Position numbers and translations under genes: made by a program. The notes below the pieces were generated by a model. That model saw only the letters and a list, made by a program, of their open reading frames with translations. It was not told where the DNA came from and ran no database searches. Shown here piece after piece: positions 12,878 through 25,397 of a stretch of DNA of 64,000 nucleotides. This stretch comes from the human T2T-CHM13v2.0 reference genome, Homo sapiens, in assembly GCF_009914755.1 (NCBI RefSeq), contig NC_060940.1; one strand, given 5' to 3'. Position 1 is the first letter of the stretch. The number at the start of each line of letters is the position of its first letter.

Positions 12878-13120
12878 GAAGCAGCACAGAGTGGTGGTTG
12901 CGAGTGGACTCTGGAGCCAGACAGCTCAGGCTGGACTCTTGGCTCCGTGACTTCCTAGCCGTGTGGCCTCAGCCGAGTTCCCTAGCCTTTCTCTGTCTCA
13001 TTTTACTCATCTGTAACATGAAGGTCTTAATAGTGGTTTGTTGTGAGGACTAAATGAGTTAGTGTTTATGAATAGGCTGGAATGGATCCTGATATGCAAG
13101 ATATACCACTTAAGTCTTTA
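12878..13120 (+). mobile_element. MIR
   Basis: gactctggagccagac ... ctcatctgtaacatg ... gttgtgaggactaaatgag core. Confidence 0.75.
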
Positions 13121-13945
13121 TTTTAAAAACTTAAAGCTGTTTCTTCAGCATCTTCTTTCCTGTGAGCTTTTGCAACTGAGGTTCTTTGATTCTACAGCTT
13201 GGTGGATTTTATAACACTAAATCAAAAAGAATGTTGGGGGATAGTCAGCAGTTGCAGTGTTCACTTGAATTGGTTCTGATTGAAACTGTGGTTGAGCAGA
13301 AAGAAGCAGCAGGAAGAATAAAAGCCATCATGTCCTTGCCCTTGATAGATTTTGGTGGCTAAAACATGACACACACGATGTTATTCTGTCTCCTACCAGG
13401 AGGCCTGTGGCACCAAATTCTCGTCTTCTCAATAATCCTTGAGTGGTTTCTGAATTATTAATGGATGTGGTATTAGCAAACCACAAGTTCCACAAAATTG
13501 CTCTAGGGCTGGCATTTGACAGGCAATTCTGTTCCCTAATTTTCTGCACATATCTTAATTATGACTTCATGGGCTTGTACCTTTTAATCTCTGGTTTCAT
13601 CCTCTGGAATCGTGGGAGGCCTCACTGTCTCCTTTTGTCTCAGGGGAATGATAGAACCCCTGGTGACTGTGAAGCAGAAGAAGAGTGGCCAGGTGCATTG
13701 GACCGGGCTTCAGTGGGGCCTCCCAGTTGAGAGTGATGCAGAAAATTATTGTTGTTGTGATATGTCAAACAGTAGGGGCCTTGCTCCGGACCAGGGATGA
13801 GTATTTTTCTTCCATAAAGGGTGGCCAGAGAGTAAATTCTTTACACCTTGTGGATCTAACGCCTCTGCTTCCAGCCCTCAACTTGGCTGTCATTCCAGGA
13901 AAGCAGCCAGAGATGCTATGTAAACAGAACACAGCAATGCTCATT

Positions 13946-14275
13946 TGTTATGTGGATGGAATTGTGTTGCCCCCATCATTTACATATTGAATCCCTAACC
14001 CCCAGTGTGAATGTATATGGAGATAGGGCCATTAAGGAGATAATTAAGATAAAACGTCATTAGGGTGGGGCCTGTGTGCGTGCAGAGATGAGACAGTGTA
14101 AAGACACCACAAAAAAGATGGTCATCTGCAAGCCGTGGAGTGGCCTCAGGAGAAACCAACCCTGCTGGCACCTTGATCTTGGACTTTGCCCCTCTACAAC
14201 TGTGGGAAGTAGATTTCTGTTGTTTGAACAACCGTCTGTGGTATTTTGTTACCACAGCCCTAACAGACTAATACA
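13946..14275 (+). mobile_element. MLT1B-type MaLR LTR, apparently inserted in a MER58-like element that continues at 14276-14350
   Basis: tgttatg...gaattgtg...ccctaacccccagtgtga...ctaataca, followed by gttccaataaaacttatttacaaaaa...gtttgtcacccctg. Confidence 0.8.
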
Positions 14276-14785
14276 GTTCCAATAAAACTTATTTACAAAA
14301 ATGGATGATGGGCTGGATTTGACTCATGGTAGAGAGTTTGTCACCCCTGCTCTATAGGACTGTCAATATTGTTATTAAATCAGGAGGCATCTCTTCTGGG
14401 TCAGGGGCTGGAGATGTAATGGGGTGAACTGCATCAGGCCTCTGCTCCCATGGAAGATCCTTTCTAGTGAGTGAGATAGACACTCAACAGATACACAACT
14501 GCGTAGCCAGGCTGTTCTCAGATACAGCTGAGTGCTCCGAAGAAGGCACGGGGTGATGTGATTGGGTGAATGCTGGTTGGGGAAGGGAGATGTTGCTTGA
14601 AGTACAAAGATCTAGGAGGGGAGCATCCCAGGCAGAGAGACAGCAAAGGTGAAGGCCAGAAGCAGGAGAGCTTGGCAGATTGGAGGGACTGGCTGTAGCC
14701 AGTGGGGCGGGAAGAATTTGGGATAGGTTCCACAGGGACAGGGCTGACTTGTCTAAACTAGCATCAGATTCAAAAGGCCTCTTCT

Positions 14786-15203
<418 letters not shown>

Positions 15204-16264
15204 TTAGGGCAGGCACACTTCCTTCTCTCCCATTCCTCCTTCCTGCCCCTGGCTTCTCTGCATCCTCTTCCCTCCTGGCTCTTTCTGCAGCCCTCCCAGG
15301 GATGGAACCATGAGCTCCAGGTTGCTGCACAGTGATCCTTGAAGGTGGTGGAAAGTGAAATCTTCTGAGGCCTTTGGGAAGGTATGGAGGGGATTGAGTA
15401 GAGAGACAGGTTTTCAGTCTCATTCTGGTTATTGGATTCAAAACTGATCATACAGTGGTGGCTAGGGCAGGAGCCCATCACAGAGGGCTAGAAACCTCAC
15501 ATTCAGTGATTCCTTTATTAAATGGAATGTAACTTGAATTGTTCTTTTCCAGTTTGCCTCCTACCTGCCCAGGTGAGAGGAAATTCGGTTACAGTGTTTC
15601 TCCCAGAAGTTTTCTCTTTCCACTTTCCTATTGTACAGGCACCCAGGACCTTGGAGAAGGGAGTGGCGGACTGTCTTTAGGTTAACAATCCATGGGGCAG
15701 CTGCTCCAGTGCCCATGCATGGGCCTGTGAAGGCTTGGCTGCTGGCTGTCACTCCCTCCAGAGACACACTTGGGTGCAGGGACCTTCGCAGGCCCCAGAT
15801 GCGCAGGACTCAGTCTGAACAGGTGGCTCCCCTCGTCTTCCCCCTGGCTTCTGTGTGTCCTTCTCTGTCTTGGCTCTTCCGTGAAGCCCTCACAAATAAG
15901 CTGTCCTTACAATGGGGCTTAATGACTCATTGAGAGATGCTGGGAGTTTGGGCAGCTGGGCCCCACATCCTAGGGTGACTTGAGAACCTGGTGGCCCTTC
16001 CTGTGCCTTTAGAGCCACAGTGGCCTCAAGGATGGGAACGTGCTGCTTGTAAAGCCATAAAGAACAAATAACATGGCTTAGATTTCTGTGTGCTGCCACC
16101 TAACACTCTCACTTCCTCACCCTGTGAGCAATTCATTGTGCATTTAATTAACACCTGACATCAGCTTCACAGGGACTAAGTGTGTCTTATGCACCGTCTT
16201 GTGCCTAGTGGCCAGCAGACACAAGCTGTGAAATGAGTGTAAAATGAATTAAATGAACATTGTT

Positions 16265-16435
16265 AACTGGGTGACCCTGGATATGTTCCCTAACCTCTCC
16301 AAGCCTCAGTCTCTTCATCTGCAAAATGGTGATGCTAATGACTCCCCGTGCCGGGGTGGGGGGTCGAAATGAGATAATGCAAGTAAAGCATTCAGCCCAG
16401 GACCCGACTGAGAGCTGAAAGGTATCAGCACCTGC
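16265..16435 (+). mobile_element. MIR
   Basis: taacctctccaagcctcagtctcttcatctgcaaaatgg core. Confidence 0.75.
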
Positions 16436-17095
16436 CATTTCTACCGGCCTGGGGGAAACACGCTTAGTTTGGATGGGAGTGGTAATAACAGCCTTGGCTG
16501 AGGCGGTGGTTGTCATCACGCCACCGATGGAGGACTGACCTTGTGTTCGGCCCCACGCTGGCTCTTGGTGTTCTTCGCTGTCAGCGGTGCTGTGACTGAG
16601 ACATCCTTGGCCCATTTCACATGTGAGCCCCCACGGCTGCAAGAGAGTGAGCTTCTTCCAGAGAGGGCGGCAGAGCCAGGATTGAAATTCACATCTTGCT
16701 CCGAGCTCATGCACACCTGGGAGCCTGCATGTTCTTGCTAGATTTTACAGCCAGCAGGCCTTTGTTGAACCGTAAGCAGCAGCGGCCTTGATCAGGCTGG
16801 TTTTTCTGCCCAGAGGCCCCTTTGGCATCGTGACTCAAAATTTTCTCTGGGTATTTTGCCTTCTTGCTGATGCATCGTTTGCCGGATGGGAACCAGCAGG
16901 TAGAGAGTGTTGGCTTTCTGCCTCCGGTCAGAGTCGGGAACGTGACTTGGATACAAACTCAGCATGGAGGGAGGCATGACTTGGGAGGGCAGAACCCGGC
17001 AGCTTCATTCCCATCCTCTGTTGGTGGGGAAGAGTGAGCAACTCACAGGTAGAACCAGGACAGTAGTCAGGGCTGTTTAAAAATTTAGGGCTCCT

Positions 17096-17991
17096 GGCTG
17101 GACGCGGTGGCTTATGCCTGTAATCCTGTTCCTGGACCAAACCGAGGGTTGCGCTGCTTGTTCTTATGGCCCAATAACAAGATGCAGATGAACTGGGAAG
17201 AGAAGAATTTTTTTTTTTTCTGTAACGAGGTACAGGGAGAAGGCTTAGAAATTATCTGCAGACCAACTCAAAATTACAAAGTTTCCCGGAGCTTACATAC
17301 CTTCTAAGCTACGTGTCCACGTGTAAGTGTGCATTCCTCTAGAGACCTAAGTGATCAGCTTCTTCTAGTCTATGACTAAGGTCTGAGTCCTGAAGACCTT
17401 CCTCTAGAGCTTCAGTAAATTTACTTAATCTAAATGGGTCCAGGTGTGGGCGTGATTACCCTTATCTTGTCTCCTGCTAAATCATGGAGGTTTGGGGAGT
17501 CCCTTCAGACCCCCAGTAAACTTGTTTGTGGAGGCCTGGGGAGTTTCTTCACATCCCCAGTAAAACTTGTTTAATCCTTCGTTATCTTGTCATGCTTCAA
17601 GGCCCAGGAAAGGCCTGGGCACAACTAGGGGTGGGCTTTTGTTACATTCCAGCCCTTGTATAAGGGCAGTAGCTCTCTCAGCTTTTAATATTTAACTTAA
17701 CCACTCAGTCAGTGCTGACACAATTGTTATAGAGGCCTGTGTTAGTGAGAACTGGCCTGCCACAATCCCAGCACTGTGGGAGGATCATTTGCGGCCAGGA
17801 GTTCGAGACCAGCCCAAGCAACATAGACCGTCTCTACAAAAGTAAAAAGTTAGTTGGGCATGATGGTGCATACCTGTAGTTCCAGCTACTGGGGAGGCTG
17901 AGGTGAGAGGATTGCATGAGTCCAGGATACTGAGGCTATAATGAGCTATGATCACCCCAGCCTGGGTGACAGAGCGAGACCCTGTCTTAAG
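17096..17991 (+). mobile_element. AluJ split by an LTR insertion
   Basis: ggctggacgcggtggcttatgcctgtaatcc | LTR | atcccagcact...; TSD aaaaatttagggctcct (17079-17095) / aaaaaattaggactcct (17992-18008). Confidence 0.9.
17127..17764 (-). mobile_element. ERV1 solo LTR (LTR15-like)
   Basis: TG...CA termini, 4-bp TSD atcc (17123-17126 / 17765-17768); minus strand starts TGTGGCAGGCCAGTTCTCACTAAC as recalled for LTR15. Confidence 0.85.
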
Positions 17992-20900
17992 AAAAAATTA
18001 GGACTCCTATCCCACCTCTTCAGAGACACTCATATAAAAATACAGTGTTTCCAGCTGCCATTTGTTGAGTACCTGTTGGCGGTGAGCCAGACTGTTGATC
18101 TGTGATGTTGTGTTAAATCATCCTGGCAAGGAGTGAGGTAGTGATGAGGAGGGCTGGTTTCACAGACCAGGAAACTGACCCGCCAGGAGGAGAGAAGATT
18201 GTCTCGGCCATAGCTCTCTGTAGTGTGCTCTGGGCTCTGTGTGCCCAGAGCAGCTCAGCCCAGATCCACACCACAGCCCCAGGTGGTCAGTATCACTGCA
18301 GCTTTGTTAACTATGGAGACTTCAAAGCAGGAAGGGGGAGGGATGCACACCCTTTCTCTTGGAAATTTCCTGGAAGGCAAGAACTGCTCGGGCTCAGCCA
18401 TAATTAGTTCCTTGGTGGCAGGTTTCTTCAGCCTCCCACATGGGAAGAAACCCGAGTAGGTTGTGGAAATGCGGGTTCCAGGAAGCCTTGCCTGACAGCT
18501 CCTGGCTGGACGTGGCTGCATCTCGTCACTGGTCTCCCTGCTCCTGGGGAGCTGCCACCTCTCTGCAGTCACCTTCCAGTGGGGCAGACACAGATGGGTC
18601 CTAAGGAGAGAGATGAACAAAGTAATCACTACTGTGCTAAGACATAGTACGCTTGAGAGACAGAGTAAAGGGCCGACCCTGACTTCCCAGGGGGAGGTCT
18701 CCCTCTGTGCAGGTGTCCTTCCAGGATGAGAAGGGGCCAGGCAGCTGGAGACTTGGGCAGGAGCATAGCAGGCAGAGAGGGCACAGCCTGTGCACCAGCC
18801 CTGCCATTGGAAGGGGCTTGGAAGGAACTGCAGGAGAGTCACCGAGAGCCAGAACCATGCCTGTCTTCCTGCCGCAATGCCTGTGCCCAGCATGGGGGCT
18901 GGTGCGTAGCAGGTATTTATTTTTGTCCTGAATGAATGTGAAGACAGGAAGCGCTCAGCCACCATCATCAGCCCCAAGCTGTGGGAAGCAGAGGTCAGAG
19001 GCTGGGAACCGTGACACGTTACTGGTGCTTTTTTGGTGACCTCACTGGAGAATACTTAAGATTAACCATGTGTGTGTTTGTGTATGGATGTGAGTGATCC
19101 CTCACTCATCCCTTCTAGAATGTTCTGAATTGCCCACTGTGTTCCAGGCAGTGTGTCATGTGCTGGGGAAACTAAGATCACTCCAGCATAGACCAATTTC
19201 AGGGAACTCAGTTTAGATAAATGAGGCCGATAAGAGAACAACATCACCATGCATTGTGACAAAATGACACTGACTCTTCCTTCCAAACTCAAGAGTTGTG
19301 ATCTAATCAGAATCGTGTTCCAATTCTTTAGATGAAAAGGCAATTGGGAGTTTAAGCAAATCTGGGACCTGAGGTTGCCTTAGGTCCCACATTTGGGTGC
19401 TTAAAAGGATGGCGGCAGTGTTTAAATGTTGATAAACAAGAACAGAAAAAAGCAACACGTTTGTTTTTCGTTATCTGTCCATAGAGCAAATCAGGACTGA
19501 GGCGATAAGGCCTGAGCACAACCTGTTGAAGAAAATCCTCACCCTCCTCATCTAGCCTCCTCCAGGAGGTCCTTACCACCATCCCGGTTCCCTCCGCTGC
19601 CTCCTCCAGGTCTCAGCTTCCCCATGACTTCCAGAGTGTCCCTTCTGTCAGCTGCCACACTGCTCTGTTCCTACCACATCCCAGTCTCACCCCACCACAG
19701 TTACCACTCCTGCTCAGACCTCATAGTCCCCCTTAGTTCCCCACGCAGGGACCAAAGCCACCTTGTCTTCTCCAGCGGCCACCCTCCCCCTCAGAACAGG
19801 GACACTCCATTGGAGTAGGTTCACTGTGTCCTGGAGGAATGACTTCCCAAACCCAGTCCGACCTAGCTAGAGAAAAACATCTCAGCCTTTCAGAATTTAG
19901 CCCCCACACTTCCACCTCTGGAATCACAGTGATTCCCAGGCCAGGCCTGGGAGTGAGGACAGGTGACCTGTGTCAAGGGCATATGACGTCATCTGTCATA
20001 GCTATTTCTTTCTTCCGTGGAACATTGTTGCAGAGCCTTTGAGAGAGCGGGGGGAGGAGTGCTTTGTTTTTGGAGCTGTGCAGGTGGTTGAGAGATTAGG
20101 GGATGAGCTCCAGTGAGCAGATGAGCTCAAAGAGGGCGCTGAGAGCTGGGCTGAAAGCGCACGCTGGAGTGAGTGTGTAAGTGGGCCTCCAACCAGCCTG
20201 TGGATACCCAGGTCTTATGAGGGCCCCGGGGAGAAGAAACTTGGGCCCAAACAGATGGCAGGTGTAAGAGTCATAGATCTAGTTCTCAGAGGACAAACAC
20301 ATGCTACCACCCACTCAAAGAGCACAGGTCCTGATGGGACTTCCTTGGTGGGGTGGGGAAGACAGAGAGCCGGGGATATCACAGCTGTGCCAGGGAGGTG
20401 GCCCAGCGTGGATGAGCTTTGGGATTTGTGTTAGTTAGGGCCCCGATTCTGGCTGACTCAAACATCAAAGCACCTATCGTGGTTCACGTGATGGTGAAGT
20501 CCAGGTAAGGGGGGATTCCAGAGGAGGTTCAGGCTGTCGTCGGGGTCCCGGTCCTGTGTCTGCGTGACACAGTCCTACCTGGTTCCCTTCACTGGAGGAA
20601 AAATGGCTCCAACAGTGCCAGGCTTCTCCCTACCTGCAGGTTGAGAACAAATGCTTGTCCCTGCGTCCTAAGCAGGGGACCTAGGGTAGAACCCATAAGG
20701 CCAGTCACGCTAGTGATGGGAGTGGGGAGAACTCCCTGAGTGGCCTAACCTACATCCTGTGTTCCACGCTGGAGCTGGGCGAGGAGTCAGCTTGCCCAGA
20801 ACTGCATAGGGTCTCTGGTGGAAATCAGGGGCTATCGCAAGAGAGGGCAGGGAGGGGACCCTGGACTCCAGCACCTAGTGTTCATGACAGTTCTCTTGGG

Positions 20901-21145
20901 ATTCTGTCCCATGTAAAGTACAGAGTCTAGTCCTGGATTTGAGAAACTTCTCTGATCACATATCCAGTTGTTAAAAAGAATTGTGGGTTACTGCAATATA
21001 CATTTGTTTGTTTGTAGTGTACATAGATTCTTTATAATATACAAAACAAAAATCAGGAACTTATTAAAGATGATGAATAGAAACTAAGGTGGAGTTCTAA
21101 TACTCCTTTGGGTAACTTGGGGATCATCTCAAGCATCCTGTGCTG

Positions 21146-22229
21146 GAGACCTCTATTAGGATGCAGTCACTGGGGACTACCATTAGGACGCGGTCGCTGG
21201 GGACCACCGTCAGGACTTGGTCACTGGAGACCACCGTCAGGATGCAGTCACTGGAGTTACTGGGGGACCACCGTCAGGATGCAGTCAGTAGGGGGCCACT
21301 GTCAGGATATGGTCACTGGAATCACCGATGACCACTGTCAGGATGTGGTCACTAGAGGACCACTGTCAGGATGCGGTCACTAGGGGACCACTGTCAGGAT
21401 GCGGTCACTGGAGTCACTGGGGACCACTGTCAGGATGCGGTCACTGGAGTCACCGGGGACCACTGTCAGGATGCGGTCACTGGAGTCACCGGGGACCACT
21501 GTCAGGATGCGGTCACTGGAGTCACTGGGGACCACTGTCAGGATGTGGTCACTGGAGTCACTGGAGTCACCGATGACCACTGTCAGGATGTGGTCACTAG
21601 AGGACCACTGTCAGGATGCGGTCACTAGGGGACCACTGTCAGGATGCGGTCACTGGAGTCACTGGGGACCACTGTCAGGATGCGGTCACTGGAGTCACCG
21701 GGGACCACTGTCAGGATGCGGTCACTGGAGTCACCGGGGACCACTGTCAGGATGCGGTCACTGGAGTCACTGCGGACCACTGTCAGGATGCGGTCACTGG
21801 AGTCACTGGGGACCACTGTCAGGATGTGGTCACTGGAGTCACTGGAGTCACCGGGGACCACTGTCAGGATGCGGTCACTGGAGTCACCGGGGACCACTGT
21901 CAGGATGCGGTCACTGGAGTCACCGGGGACCACTGTCAGGATGCGGTCACTGGAGTCACCGGGGACCACTGTCAGGATGCGGTCACTGGAGTCACCGGGG
22001 ACCACTGTCAGGATGCGGTCACTGGAGTCACTGGGGACCACTGTCAGGATGTGGTCACTGGAGTCACTGGGGACCACTGTCAGGATGTGGTCACTGGAGT
22101 CACTGGAGTCACCGGGGACCACTGTCAGGATGTGGTCACTGGAGTCACCGGGGACCACTGTCAGGATGTGGTCACTGGAGTCACTGGGGACCACTGTCAG
22201 GATGTGGTCACTGGAGTCACTAGAGTCAT
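21146..22229. repeat. GC-rich minisatellite, about 31 units; main unit 36 nt GGGGACCACTGTCAGGATGCGGTCACTGGAGTCACC, with 27/28- and 45-nt variants
   Basis: Direct reading; 12-aa periodic ORFs in several frames on both strands. Confidence 0.98.
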
Positions 22230-23399
22230 TTCTGTGCTGTGGCATTTTAATGTCGTTACTTTGAGTCATTCCTTTTCTCCAGTCGTGAGTTGTGCTGTCT
22301 GCCCACCACTACTGATTTAATATTTTCTTTAAATTTTCTCTCACTTTTTACCTAAAGTAAACTCATTTGTAAAGAAAACGAGCATCATTTGCCATCAATA
22401 GAAAAATAACTTCAAAAGTACCATGATGAATACAAAACAGTAGGTTAGTGTCTAGTCAGCCACTGTAGTCTGCCTAGAGGTTTTAAAAAAAAAAAAAAAA
22501 TGGTGAACAAAGGTTAGCAGGCAAAGGCAGATGAGCCTCGACTTGAAAGACTGAGAAGGCATGAGAAAGGGAAAAGCTTTGTCTGGAATCCAGCATTGTT
22601 CACTGTCGTATCCAGGCACCACAGAAAACCATCTTGGTTTCCGAGTTCCATGCTTGGGGAGACACTGGTGGGGTGATTAAGGGTGTGGGCACTGAAGCCA
22701 GGTGGCCTGGAGTTTGAGTGCCATTTTTATCCCTTCCCTGTGCCTCGTCTTCTTCATCTGTGATGTGGACCTCCCTCCCAGAGATGTTGGGACTAGATGG
22801 AGCAGTATTTTCAAATGTCTTCATGTATGACATGCAGTTGTTAAGTACTAACTTTTATTATTACTGGTTTAAGTTGTTGTTTAAACTGTTCCAGACTTTT
22901 TAAGGAATATTTTCAATTTGAAAATATAGAGATTGATTGTAAGTGTTCTGTGATCAAACTGATCCTAGAGAAGAATATGACGTACTCCCTCAATTTATCC
23001 ATGGGGCCTGAGATCCAGCCAGTCTGCAGAGACCCAGATTGGACCATCGCAGTGTGCTGGGGTTTGTTTCCTCATGTGATTATAAACTTTCACATGAGAC
23101 TGGGACCTGTTCTAGGCATTTTTGGGGGTCATTCCATGGGCTTTTGGGGGGGTCCCATGAGTTTACATTGAGGACAGCATCCTTGGAGCCTCAGAAAACT
23201 GAGCAGCCCATCACCACTGGTCTCTCGGTGCTGCAGAGGCAACTTGGATGCCAGCAAGTTCCAGGCCAGTGGTATAATGAGGCATGAAGTCCCAGGAGGA
23301 CTGGGAGGAAGACAGGAGTGTCCAAACAGGATGACCTTTCTCCTCTCCAGCTGATTCTCGCCCTGTGGAAATGCTCTTGGCATTTCAGTGCTGGCATCT

Positions 23400-23539
23400 G
23401 TTTTTTGTTTGTTTGTTTGTTTGTGGAGATGGAGTCAGGCCATGTTGCCCAGGCTGTTCTCAAATTCCTGGGCTCAGGCGATCCTCTGCCTCAGCCTCCC
23501 AAAGTGTTGAGATTCTAGGCCTGAGCCACTGTGCCTGTC
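23400..23539 (-). mobile_element. FLAM / Alu left monomer with (TTTG)n tail
   Basis: Single monomer gagatggagtc...ccatgttgcccaggctg...gagccactgtgcctg. Confidence 0.85.
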
Positions 23540-24712
23540 AATGTTTTCTTTTTTAAAATTGTACTGGGTGAGCAAAACCTGTTTGCAACCTCTGGTCTAA
23601 GCCCATTTGTGAATTGATCCCCTTCCCCTCTCCTGCTACCTGCGTTGTTGACTTTAAAGCTCTATTCTCGGCCCCCAGCCCATCTCCTAGTCCCTTTGAT
23701 GATAAACAGTGCCATGAACACAGCTCAGAGCTGACAAACGGGCCTCCTGACCCAGCAATCCATCTATCTGGGAGGTTGCTGAAAACCGAAACCTCCCAGG
23801 CTACCCAAACACCCACTTCTGAAGCCCCCAAACTCCACTAGGTAATGAAAGACACCCAGGGAAATTAGAACAATGACAATAAAAACAGCGTTTCAACCGG
23901 GACGCAAGCTCTTGGGTGGCTTTACTCAGGAGGGTTTTTTCTCCCACTGGCCCTTTATATAATTCTCCACAGTGATGGGTATATTACAGCAATCTTGTAG
24001 AACGACAGCCTTGTGAAAGACAGAAAACAATGTAACTGCCCCCAGTTTTTAACTGACTTTCCTTTGCAAAATTTTGCCCTTCGCTAGCAATGTATCCCAT
24101 CTCTACTTCTGCAGGCCCCTCCCTAATGGCAAGAAAGAATAGAAATCTGAAATGTCTGCATTTTGACTATAGCCCTTCCAGTGTGACCCTCTGAAAGGCA
24201 TTTTTAAGAAAGACCAGAAATGTTGGAATGTCACAGACATTTATTTGCATGGTATCATAACAGATTTTAATTTGACAAGGAAACCGCCTAAGAGGAAGGA
24301 TTGAAAAGCCAATGCCAGGTAGAAGAGGTTTCCTTTGCGAAAATTATTTAAATGCATTCTGGCAGCTCTTATTTGAAGGTTAATTGTGATTCCGACTGTT
24401 AGGGAAAACCTAATTAACAATAATGGGAAAAAACTACATTTAAGTAATATTAAGGTTGTGACAAGCATTTTATAAAAGCAAGAACTCATTGCTGAAGTTT
24501 AGACTTGCTCTTCCAACCTGTGGCCCATTGTTCTCAGGTAGTGAAGCAGATAAAATGCATTAATTAAATATTTGGAAGCACTTTGCTGGTTCTTCTTATT
24601 TATTATCTTGTGTGAGGTTGACATCTTGGCAATTTCTGAGAACAAAAGAATATACAGAGAAGTAGATTTGCTCCTTATTTTATCAGCGGGATTATATTTA
24701 AATATAATTTTT

Positions 24713-24994
24713 GGCCAGGCACAGGGGGTTATGCCTGTGATCCCAATGTTTTGAGGGTCCAAGGCAGGAGAATTGCTTAAGGCCAGGAGTTCAAGACCAG
24801 CCTGGACAACACAACAAGATCCTGTCTCTAAAAATTTTTTAAAGCTATTAGTTGGGTGTGGGGGCATGTACCCGTAGTTTCGACTGTTCAGGGAGACTGA
24901 GGCAGGAAGATTGCTTGAGCCCAGGAGGTCGAGGTTGCAGTGAGCTGTAATCACACACTGCATTCCAGCCTGGGCACCAGAGGGAGACCCTGTC
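24713..24994 (+). mobile_element. AluJ with no adjacent A tail
   Basis: ggccaggcacagggg...gagaccctgtc, directly abutting an antisense Alu. Confidence 0.92.
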
Positions 24995-25273
24995 TTTTTT
25001 TCTTGTTTTTTGAGATGGAGCCTCACTCTGGTGCCCAGGCTGGAGTGCAGTGGTGCGATCTTGGCTCACTGCAACCTCTGCCTCCCGGGTTCAAGCGATT
25101 CTCGTGCCTGGGACTACATGCACGTGCCACCACGTCTGGCTAATTTTTGTATATTTTTTAGTAGAGATGGGGTTTCGCCATGTTGGCCAGGCTGGTCTTG
25201 AACTCCTGACCTCTCAGGTGATCTGCCCGCCTTGGCCCCACAAAGTGCTGGTATTACAGGTGTGAGCCCAGCC
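24995..25273 (-). mobile_element. AluS with small internal deletions
   Basis: T tail, gagatggagcctcactct...gtgagcccagcc. Confidence 0.92.
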
Positions 25274-25397
25274 AAATAAATATATAGCTTTTTTGTCTTT
25301 TTTTTTTTTTTTCCCTGTCCAGGTGTGAGGGGCAGTCAGGTTGGGAGGGGCCCTGGAAGGGTTGAACCAGGTGGGCATGGCATGGAGGCATGAGTAC

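Noticed and set aside
18255-18977. 240-aa minus-strand ORF
   Set aside because: No recognisable domain, overlaps L2-like remnants and has composition typical of random GC-rich DNA.
21146-22229. CRISPR-like array of 36-nt repeats
   Set aside because: Units are head-to-tail with no unique spacers, the context is a primate intron, and there are no cas genes.
21328-22320. 200-274 aa ORFs with Cys/His-rich repeats (GPLSGCGHWSH, GDHCQDAVTGVT) resembling a metal-binding repeat protein
   Set aside because: Open in several frames on both strands simply because the 36-nt unit is stop-free and a multiple of 3; the 28-nt units shift frame; no splice or promoter support.
24499-25265. Alu-derived ORFs here and at other Alus (e.g. 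35589, 36272, 38041, 58606, 62992)
   Set aside because: Typical Alu translation artefacts ([22 protein letters not shown] motifs).
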